62,372 bases of DNA from a virus (taxonomy: Duplodnaviria; Caudoviricetes), in the IMG/VR virus record IMGVR_UViG_3300025769_000109, positions 1-62,372 of that record; one strand, given 5' to 3'. The notes under the pieces are model-generated. The model was not told the origin of the DNA and made no database searches. It worked only from the letters and a program-made list of their open reading frames with translations. Each line of letters starts with the position of its first letter. Positions within the stretch are counted from its first letter, which is position 1. Both the position numbers and the translations under genes were made by a program. Shown here piece by piece: positions 1 through 7,199 of this stretch.

Positions 1-119
1 ATGACTGATGAGCAGCGGGCGCTGCTAAACCACGTGCAAGACTTGGACCGTAAATTGTCCAATGCGCAATTTAATATGGACCAGCTTGCCATTGGCAGAG
101 AAGCGTTTGTGAATCGACT
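1..119 (+). repeat. Exact 119-bp direct repeat, copy 1 (circularity/assembly overlap)
   Basis: Base-by-base identity with 61811-61929, diverging at the next base. Confidence 0.95.
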
Positions 120-159
120 CGCAGGTTCATTGGAGTCTGAAGAAGTCGTTGTGGAGTAA
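1..159 (+). CDS. 3' part of small coiled-coil tail-associated protein (5' part at 61751-61810 if circular)
   Basis: Open frame MTDEQRALL...EEVVVE* ending TAA at 157-159; first 119 nt identical to 61811-61929. Confidence 0.7.
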   Translation: MTDEQRALLNHVQDLDRKLSNAQFNMDQLAIGREAFVNRLAGSLESEEVVVE

Positions 160-165
160 TGAAGT

Positions 166-357
166 ATGAGTCGCACCGTTCAAGACGCTCATCGTCGTAT
201 AGATGAGATTGAACCACGCGTAACAAGATTGGAGACCGAGGTGCATATCCAGTTTAAGGAAGTGTTCACTCGGATCAAGCGCTTGGAAGCTATCTTGATC
301 GGTGCGGCTGGTACTATCATTGCAATGCTGTTCGCCATCCTGACAAAGATGGGGTAA
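166..357 (+). CDS. Small coiled-coil protein with C-terminal TM helix (XhlA-like/holin-associated)
   Basis: RIDEIEPRVTRLE coiled coil then hydrophobic AILIGAAGTIIAMLFAIL; lies in lysis block. Confidence 0.6.
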   Translation: MSRTVQDAHRRIDEIEPRVTRLETEVHIQFKEVFTRIKRLEAILIGAAGTIIAMLFAILTKMG

Positions 358-468
358 CCACTACACACTCTTTGTTACAAAATAATACCTGTACACATAA
401 TAACAACTTATGGTATAAGCTAGATACACGCTTCGCGCTGCGACAATCCATTATTTGAGGGTCTTTGG

Positions 469-936
469 ATGATCGCAGAGCTTGCCGCGTTCAACGCGGG
501 ATTCGCCGTAGTTAAACAGTTCGTCGCCAATGGGCGTGACCTGTCTGATGCTATGGGCGCTATTGGGCAGATGGTCGGTGCCAAAGAAGACCTGAAAGCT
601 CGTGGCGAGAAGAAAAAGAAAAGCGTTCTCTCCATCCTCGGCGGCAAAACCGAAAACGACTTTGAAGAGTTCATGGCGCTTGAGAAAATCAAGCAAATTG
701 AAAAAGACCTCACCTCCATGATGAAGCTCTACGGACGCCCCGGACTGCATGACGACTGGATTCGTTATCAGGCCGAAGCGCGTAAAAAACGTAGACAACA
801 AGCTCTCGACGACAAGAAACGTAAAGAAAAGATGTGGGAGTACATCGGATGGGGGATCGCTGTTTTCCTATTTGTTGTCGGGCTAGCAGGCATCGTGGTA
901 TGGGCTAAGTTTTTACGGGATGGTGCGTTATGGTAA
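469..936 (+). CDS. Hypothetical membrane-anchored phage protein
   Basis: Charged helical body and C-terminal TM YIGWGIAVFLFVVGLAGIVVW. Confidence 0.65.
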   Translation: MIAELAAFNAGFAVVKQFVANGRDLSDAMGAIGQMVGAKEDLKARGEKKKKSVLSILGGKTENDFEEFMALEKIKQIEKDLTSMMKLYGRPGLHDDWIRYQAEARKKRRQQALDDKKRKEKMWEYIGWGIAVFLFVVGLAGIVVWAKFLRDGALW

Positions 937-1241
937 AGAAGTTCCAGAAACAATCTGAATACGAAGAGTACGATCTTGACGGGGATGGTACAATTACTGA
1001 CGAAGAGCTAGAAGCTGCTAAAGAAATTAAACAGGAAGAAGCCGAATTGCGTAAGATGCGGGCACAGCGTCGGATGGCAGTAGCCTCACTTGCTGCTATG
1101 GGAGCCTTTACGTTCGCTATGTTCTTTGTGCCGATTGAACGCGTAGAAGCCCTTTCTGGTATCTCGGACTTATTCTTTTTGTCGGCGGCTGGAATAGTCG
1201 GGGCTTATATGGGGATGACGGCATGGATGTCAAAAAAGTAA
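930..1241 (+). CDS. EF-hand-loop, two-TM membrane protein (holin-like)
   Basis: Canonical loop DLDGDGTITDEE followed by two hydrophobic helices. Confidence 0.6.
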   Translation: MVKKFQKQSEYEEYDLDGDGTITDEELEAAKEIKQEEAELRKMRAQRRMAVASLAAMGAFTFAMFFVPIERVEALSGISDLFFLSAAGIVGAYMGMTAWMSKK

Positions 1242-1576
1242 CGGAAATCTCAGAAAAATGGACTTCGGCAGGTGCTGCCTGCCTTCTTACGATGGTGCAG
1301 GGTAACGTGTTTGCGTTAAACCCATCTCACTGGATTACTGCGACTAAAACAGCTACAGGGGCTACCATCATTTATCTGGTTTGTTTGTACCTACCAAAAG
1401 TCGGAGATTGGCTAAAAACACGGCTTGGTGGGGCGGTGCTAATAGGTCTTGCTACTTTCTTTGCCGATTTGGGTATGCACCCAACGCATTTTGGTTACTG
1501 GTGGACTGAAGCATTGGTTACGGCGTTAGGAGCTACGGCGGTATCGTTTGTACTGCACAAGCAGTTAGTTAAGTAA
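1223..1576 (+). CDS. Hypothetical multi-TM membrane protein
   Basis: 117-aa ORF overlapping previous stop, several hydrophobic segments. Confidence 0.55.
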   Translation: MDVKKVTEISEKWTSAGAACLLTMVQGNVFALNPSHWITATKTATGATIIYLVCLYLPKVGDWLKTRLGGAVLIGLATFFADLGMHPTHFGYWWTEALVTALGATAVSFVLHKQLVK

Positions 1577-1637
1577 TCTTTGCAAATCATGCAGTAATCT
1601 ATTAAGGTGAGGTAGGTAGTATTATGTGGAGGTTCTA

Positions 1638-2033
1638 ATGCTACAAGCACTCATTGGTCCCGTGTCTGGTCTACTGGACAAGTTCATCGAGGACAAAGAT
1701 CAAAAAGCTGCGTTGGCGCATGAGATTGCGACGATGGCAGAAAAACATGCCCATGAAGCAAACATGGGGCAGTTAGATATAAACAAAATGGAAGCTCAGC
1801 ACCGATCTATTTTTGTGGCGGGTTGGCGACCATTCTTGGGTTGGGGCCTTTCGTTTGCCATGATATGGCACTTTGTCCTTGTCCCAATGATTACGTTTGG
1901 GTTCGCGTATGCAGGGGTTGTACCCCCAGAACTACCCGCGTTTGACATGGAAAGCCTAATGACTGTACTGCTTGGTATGCTTGGGTTGGGTGGACTCAGA
2001 ACGTTTGAGAAAGCGAAAGGGCTGACCAAATGA
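1638..2033 (+). CDS. Holin, 3TM GTA-release-like family
   Basis: GGAGG RBS at 1628; motifs FVAGWRPFLGW and LLGMLGLGGLRTFEK; directly upstream of endolysin. Confidence 0.8.
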   Translation: MLQALIGPVSGLLDKFIEDKDQKAALAHEIATMAEKHAHEANMGQLDINKMEAQHRSIFVAGWRPFLGWGLSFAMIWHFVLVPMITFGFAYAGVVPPELPAFDMESLMTVLLGMLGLGGLRTFEKAKGLTK

Positions 2034-2485
2034 GTTTTAAGTTATCACAGCGTAGTCGAGATAAACTCGAAGGCGTAGATGTCGGGCTTATTGCCGTTGT
2101 CGATTACGCTATTGCCGTTACTAAGATTGATTTTGGTGTAATCTGCGGTCTGCGAACCATCGAAGAACAGCGGGAACTTGTAGCGAAAGGCGCAAGTAAA
2201 ACAATGAAATCTAAGCATCTTAACGGTCATGCCGTGGACCTTATGGCCTATATTGGACCGCGTGGTTCGTGGGAACTCAACATTTATGATGAAATAGCCG
2301 ACGCCATGAAAGAAGGCGCACAGGCTGCTGGTGTAGGTGTTCGCTGGGGTGCCGCATGGCATATCCCTGACATCCGTGATTGGGATGGTACGATGGAAGA
2401 TGCGATGAACGCCTACGTTGATTTACGGCGTTCACAGGGTAAAAGGCCCTTTATTGACGCCCCACACTTTGAATTGGCGGGGTAG
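2030..2485 (+). CDS. Endolysin, peptidase M15 family (L-Ala-D-Glu peptidase-like)
   Basis: GLRTIEEQ, SKHLNGHAVDL and DAPHFEL zinc-ligand motifs. Confidence 0.85.
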   Translation: MSFKLSQRSRDKLEGVDVGLIAVVDYAIAVTKIDFGVICGLRTIEEQRELVAKGASKTMKSKHLNGHAVDLMAYIGPRGSWELNIYDEIADAMKEGAQAAGVGVRWGAAWHIPDIRDWDGTMEDAMNAYVDLRRSQGKRPFIDAPHFELAG

Positions 2486-2487
2486 CG

Positions 2488-2697
2488 ATGCGTAAAACAG
2501 TACAGGCACGTGATGTAGAAGGTGGCACAGAGCCTACGCACACACTAGAAGTTGTTTGTGCAAATTGTGGATATGACCTCGACGAGGCCGAATTGGAAGC
2601 AGACACTTGCTCGGATTGTGGTCAGGCGCTAAATTTGAAAGAAAGCGTATCTATTCAAGTTACCACTCTTCCACCAGTGTTTGGTGAAACTATGTAG
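2488..2697 (+). CDS. Small zinc-ribbon protein
   Basis: CANC...CSDC pairs in 69 aa. Confidence 0.65.
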   Translation: MRKTVQARDVEGGTEPTHTLEVVCANCGYDLDEAELEADTCSDCGQALNLKESVSIQVTTLPPVFGETM

Positions 2698-2704
2698 GTG
2701 GATC

Positions 2705-3004
2705 ATGGCTCTAAAGAAGTTACTATTCAAACCCGGAATCAACCGCGAAGTAACACGTTACACCAACGAGGGTGGTTGGTACGAGTGCGATAAAGTACGC
2801 TTTAGGCAAGGATTCCCAGAAAAGATCGGTGGTTGGTCTCAAATCTCTGGTACCACCTTTCTTGGCACCTGCCGTTCGCTGTGGAATTGGGTAACACTTG
2901 GCAGTATCAATCTGATTGGTGTGGGTACACACCTCAAGTTTTACCTAGAGCAAGGTGGCGGGTATAACGACATTACGCCGATACGAACTACCACCGTGAT
3001 GTGA
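2705..3004 (+). CDS. Tail nozzle/tubular protein, N-terminal part (frame broken near 2996)
   Basis: KPGINRE...DKVRFRQGFPEKIGGW; colinear with uninterrupted homologue at 61974-62372. Confidence 0.65.
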   Translation: MALKKLLFKPGINREVTRYTNEGGWYECDKVRFRQGFPEKIGGWSQISGTTFLGTCRSLWNWVTLGSINLIGVGTHLKFYLEQGGGYNDITPIRTTTVM

Positions 3005-4566
3005 CATTTGCCGCTACAAATGGCTCTGCAACGCTAACCGTTACTGACACAGGACACGGTGCACGAGAGAATGACTTTGTTACCTTCAGTGGTGCGGTAA
3101 CACTTGGCGGTAACATTACTGCTGATGTACTGAACCAAGAGTATCAAATCGTCACCGTACCCGATGCCGATACTTACACTATCACAGCAACTGCTACAGC
3201 CAACGCCTCAGACACAGGTAATGGTGGTTCCGCTGTTGTTGGAGCGTACCAAATCCGTACTGGTGAGCCGTATGAAGTCCCTCTATCTGGTTGGGGCGGC
3301 GGCACATGGGGCGCTGGTGTATGGGGTACAGGTGGTGTTTCCACCGAAGCTATCCGTCTTTGGAGCCAGTCGAACTTCGGCGAAGACCTTGTGTTTGGTC
3401 CTCGCGGGGGTGATATTTTCTACTGGGATGCCACAAACGGTGTTAGCACACGAGGTGTTTACCTAAACACGTTATCAGGCGCTTCTGACGTACCTGAATC
3501 GCAAAACGTAATACTCGTTTCTGACATCAACCGTTTTGTATTCTGTATGGGTACAAACGATGTGGGCACCGCTACGGTAGACCCGATGCTTATTCGCTGG
3601 TCGGATCAGGAAGACCCTGCCAACTGGACGCCAGCTTCAACGAACCAAGCGGGGTCCTTGAGACTGTCACGGGGCACCGAGATAGTTGCGGCTAAACAAG
3701 CACGTCAAGAGGTCCTCGTTTGGACCAACTCTTCCTTGTACTCATTGCAGTATCAGGGCGCACCTGCCGTCTGGGGTGCGCAGTTGGTCGGCGATAACAT
3801 TTCTATCGCATCCATGAACTCCGTGGCGTTTGCTAGTGGTATCGCGTTCTGGATGGGTAAAGACAAGTTCTATATGTACGATGGACGCAGTCAGCCGCTA
3901 CAGTGCGACGTGCGTCGGTATGTATTTGGGGACTTCAACCCGTTGCAGTATGACCAAGTATTTGCGGGTACTAACGAAGCGTTCCACGAAGTTTGGTGGT
4001 TCTATTGCTCGTCTGATAGCCAGAATGTGGACCGTTATGTGGTGTTTAATTACCTCGAACAGACGTGGTATTACGGCACTATGGGGCGCACCGCGTGGCT
4101 TGATTCTGGCTTACGTGAGTACCCACTGGCTGCAACTTATAGCCACAACCTCGTTAATCACGAGCAAGGCACCGACGATAACGAGACAGGCACTCCTGCG
4201 GCGATCACTGCAACTATAACATCTGGTCAATTTGACCTAGATGATGGTGACCGTTTTGCCTTTATCTGGCGTATTATGCCAGACGTAACCTTTGACGGGT
4301 CTACGGCGGCTAGCCCCGCTGCGACCATGACGCTGCTCCCCCTTGCAAACTCAGGGTCAGGGTACAACAGCCCGTACTCAGAGGGGGGTAGTGCCGTAGG
4401 CACCGTCACCCGTACCGCTACAGTGCCGATTGAGCAGTTTACGGGGCAGGTTAATACACGTGTTCGAGGCCGACAAATCTCCCTAAAGATGGAGTCTACT
4501 GACCTTGGTGTTAAGTGGCAGTTAGGTTCTCCACGAGTTGATATGCGCCCTGATGGGAGGCGCTAA
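3001..4566 (+). CDS. Tail nozzle/tubular protein (P22 gp10/T7 gp12-like position), C-terminal part
   Basis: Beta-rich, IRWSDQED, EVWWFYCS, C-terminal PDGRR; sits before needle and ejection genes. Confidence 0.7.
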   Translation: MTFAATNGSATLTVTDTGHGARENDFVTFSGAVTLGGNITADVLNQEYQIVTVPDADTYTITATATANASDTGNGGSAVVGAYQIRTGEPYEVPLSGWGGGTWGAGVWGTGGVSTEAIRLWSQSNFGEDLVFGPRGGDIFYWDATNGVSTRGVYLNTLSGASDVPESQNVILVSDINRFVFCMGTNDVGTATVDPMLIRWSDQEDPANWTPASTNQAGSLRLSRGTEIVAAKQARQEVLVWTNSSLYSLQYQGAPAVWGAQLVGDNISIASMNSVAFASGIAFWMGKDKFYMYDGRSQPLQCDVRRYVFGDFNPLQYDQVFAGTNEAFHEVWWFYCSSDSQNVDRYVVFNYLEQTWYYGTMGRTAWLDSGLREYPLAATYSHNLVNHEQGTDDNETGTPAAITATITSGQFDLDDGDRFAFIWRIMPDVTFDGSTAASPAATMTLLPLANSGSGYNSPYSEGGSAVGTVTRTATVPIEQFTGQVNTRVRGRQISLKMESTDLGVKWQLGSPRVDMRPDGRR

Positions 4567-5186
4567 TGGCTAACGAGATTGAGAGAGCAGAGCCGCCTGC
4601 TCTGCCACTGGCCCCTGAAGAATACAGACGCCCGTTTATGGACCAGAACAGTAACGTCCTGCGTCTGTTCTTCAATCGTATCGTGAACTCTCTCAATACG
4701 CTGTTTAGCACTGACGATGGTGGCAGATTTTTGTATATGCCACGGGGGTCTTTTTATAGCACTGCTGACCAAACGGCGGCAATGGCAAATACGGGGTACG
4801 CGGTTACGTTTAATTCTACGCACCACACGGATAGCATAACTCTATCAAACAACAGCAGGATAAATGTTACCTACGCAGGTACATATCAGTTCTCTATAAC
4901 GCTTCAGATAGAGCATAATAATTCTAGTGAGGCTACGGTAACTGTTTGGGAGAAGCGAAATGGAACTACCGATACATCCTACTCAGGACATCTATTTGAT
5001 GTAAAAGGTAACGATTACTATGTTGTTAACTGGGTTTTTACACGCGCTTTAGAAGCAAACGATTATATTGAAATCTACTGGGCCACTACTGATACGCAGT
5101 TAAACTTACACGCAGAAGCTGCATCAGCCCCTCACCCCGGCGTCGCATCAGCTACGGTTGATGTAACATTCGGGACTAACTCATAG
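4566..5186 (+). CDS. Putative tail needle/spike with C-terminal C1q/TNF-like beta domain
   Basis: N-terminal PALPLAPEEY...LRLFFNRI helix then SRINVTYAGTYQFSITLQ beta motif; follows nozzle. Confidence 0.55.
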   Translation: MANEIERAEPPALPLAPEEYRRPFMDQNSNVLRLFFNRIVNSLNTLFSTDDGGRFLYMPRGSFYSTADQTAAMANTGYAVTFNSTHHTDSITLSNNSRINVTYAGTYQFSITLQIEHNNSSEATVTVWEKRNGTTDTSYSGHLFDVKGNDYYVVNWVFTRALEANDYIEIYWATTDTQLNLHAEAASAPHPGVASATVDVTFGTNS

Positions 5187-5251
5187 TAATATGTAGGGCC
5201 TGCCATCAGCCGTCGTTGCTGTATCATTTGTTAGCAACTTATAGTGTGTGG

Positions 5252-5279
5252 TTGCCTCCAGTGAGGAGATGTCTATACT
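5252..5279 (+). promoter_or_regulatory. Putative sigma70-like promoter for ACP-KS cassette
   Basis: TTGCCT-16 nt-TATACT in 122-nt intergenic gap; AGGAG RBS before 5309. Confidence 0.4.
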
Positions 5280-5308
5280 GAATCCACCCTAACTATAGGA
5301 GCGACAAA

Positions 5309-5620
5309 ATGGCATTTGATTTTCTTGAACTGTTCAACGCAATAGGCGCTGCACAGAAGGTGGTGACGAAAGACTTCATCCCCGCCGAATCCATGGACAC
5401 CCCCGTAACCGAAGACGCAACAGGGCTAGACAGCCTTGATGTGACGCTAACTTTCTTTGTTCTTGGCGAAGCCTACGGCATCCCCGAAGACGAGGAACTT
5501 AACGAACAATGGCCCTACGAGAGTGTGCAGTTGTTGAAAGAGTTCATTGACGAACATAAAACGAAAAACCCCGAAGACGAGTTTAACTCGATTAAAGCAC
5601 TCGTTAAGGAGTTAGCATGA
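5309..5620 (+). CDS. acpP: Acyl carrier protein
   Basis: Small acidic protein with GLDSLD phosphopantetheine motif (Ser42) and EAYGI helix end; adjacent to ketosynthase. Confidence 0.85.
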   Translation: MAFDFLELFNAIGAAQKVVTKDFIPAESMDTPVTEDATGLDSLDVTLTFFVLGEAYGIPEDEELNEQWPYESVQLLKEFIDEHKTKNPEDEFNSIKALVKELA

Positions 5621-6729
5621 TTTACATGACGCAATGCAGGACTGCCTGCACGACTGACCGTACCCTGATTGACGACATACCCTACCCTCAACACGCCCAT
5701 ATCCTGCCGAAAACGTTTCGTAGAGCCAAATCTGGCCTGAAATACCCTCCTCACGTACTGATCGAAAGCCTGATTGACGAAGAGTTAATCAACTACGTGG
5801 TCAGTAACCCTGTAGCGGGCAAAACTGGTTTCATCTTTGCGGCGGGTAACCAAGGCTGGATGGGCACTAACGGGCGGTACGACAAAAACCCCGATGCACA
5901 GCTTCACTACAAGGTGAAGATTCCGTTTATTGTACTGACCAATATCTATGCAGGGCGTATAGCCAGCATGTTTGCTGTACATGACCATGTGTCAACAGAT
6001 GCTAGCGCCTGCTCTTCTAGCTTACACGTACTCATGAATATGCAGAATCTGATGAACAACTATGGGTTTGATCGGGTTATTGTGTTTAGTGGCGAAGATA
6101 GTGTAAACAACTTAGTATTAGAGTTCTTCGGCGAAGCAGGTGCAAGCCTACAATACAAGGACGAGGGTGAACGCCAACCCTCTGCGTTTGACGACCACAA
6201 CCAAGGCTTCAACATTGGGCAAGGTGCGGTAGTCGCAATCTTTGAGAAAGAGCACGCAGGTATGGCTGATCCCATGGCAAAATTTGTAGGCGCATACAGT
6301 TCCGCAGAAGACAATACCAACCCGCTAGGGCAACGAGATGATGGGTCGGGCTTTAGTAAAGCTATCGAGGGCGCATTATTTGTAGCCAAAGCACATAAAA
6401 ATGATGTAAGGTTGGTTAAAACGCATGGAACTGGCACGCCAGTCAACAATGCTGCGGAAAAATCGGCACTCCTACGTTCTCTTAACGAGTTTGTGGCAAC
6501 GTCTTACAAACCACGTATTGGACACACCATGGGTGCTAGCGGACTATTGGAGACTGGTTTGTTGCTACGCGACTTACAGAACGGCTATGTGCCGAAAATC
6601 CTAAACAGAACTCAGGATGATCCTGTGTTCTTATCCTCTGACGCCCCCGTTCCCGAGGGCCTTATGCTTAGTCTTGCCGCTGGCATGGGCAACATCTACT
6701 CGGCAGCGTTGTTTTCACGGGAGGTGTAA
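5617..6729 (+). CDS. fabF: Beta-ketoacyl-ACP synthase (FabF/FabB-like)
   Basis: ASACSSS (Cys132), KTHGTGTPVNNAAE (His270), SYKPRIGHTMGASG (Lys298/His303), C-terminal AAGMG. Confidence 0.9.
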   Translation: MIYMTQCRTACTTDRTLIDDIPYPQHAHILPKTFRRAKSGLKYPPHVLIESLIDEELINYVVSNPVAGKTGFIFAAGNQGWMGTNGRYDKNPDAQLHYKVKIPFIVLTNIYAGRIASMFAVHDHVSTDASACSSSLHVLMNMQNLMNNYGFDRVIVFSGEDSVNNLVLEFFGEAGASLQYKDEGERQPSAFDDHNQGFNIGQGAVVAIFEKEHAGMADPMAKFVGAYSSAEDNTNPLGQRDDGSGFSKAIEGALFVAKAHKNDVRLVKTHGTGTPVNNAAEKSALLRSLNEFVATSYKPRIGHTMGASGLLETGLLLRDLQNGYVPKILNRTQDDPVFLSSDAPVPEGLMLSLAAGMGNIYSAALFSREV

Positions 6730-6730
6730 G

Positions 6731-7198
6731 ATGCAATTAGTGAATAGCAAAGAACGGCTATTAAAAGGACCTGAAATTGTAGCGATGTCTGCAATGGAGG
6801 CCACTGGACTTAAATACCCCAAAGAAGTGCTTTTGGGAGCGGTTGCAGCAGAATTTACACTGCCACGAACGGATTTAGTACAGATCGGAAACACTGTGTT
6901 TGTGGGTCATACGGGTAAAGGCAAGAACAAAAAGAAGATGGTGGGCCGTGCGTTCAATGTCGATACGGGTAGGAACTTCATTATCAATGGGTTCAAATAC
7001 TTCACATATCTACAAAAGAACGGCATAACTCACTATTCGACAACGTTCGACGGACCTGTTTTCTTAAACGGGTTTAAGCTCTTTAAACGCCGTGCTGACC
7101 AACAAGATACGGAGATTGCGATTGGTAAGTACCGAAATAGCGATACGTATGTGGTGTTTATGAGGCTAGGAAAAGAGCCACTAATGCGAGGGTTGTAA
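6731..7198 (+). CDS. Hypothetical protein, possible acyltransferase (T7 gp13/P22 gp14 syntenic position)
   Basis: GGGAGG RBS, ATG 1 nt after KS stop; alpha/beta pattern; function inferred only from position. Confidence 0.5.
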   Translation: MQLVNSKERLLKGPEIVAMSAMEATGLKYPKEVLLGAVAAEFTLPRTDLVQIGNTVFVGHTGKGKNKKKMVGRAFNVDTGRNFIINGFKYFTYLQKNGITHYSTTFDGPVFLNGFKLFKRRADQQDTEIAIGKYRNSDTYVVFMRLGKEPLMRGL

Positions 7199-7199
7199 A

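Noticed and set aside
1-119. Physical terminal direct repeat
   Set aside because: It lies mid-gene in the tail module and the second copy is not at the window end; better explained as an assembly overlap or branch.
5309-6729. Complete polyketide/fatty-acid biosynthetic cluster or host contamination
   Set aside because: No chain-length factor, AT, KR, TE or PPTase seen; genes are tightly coupled to phage virion genes.
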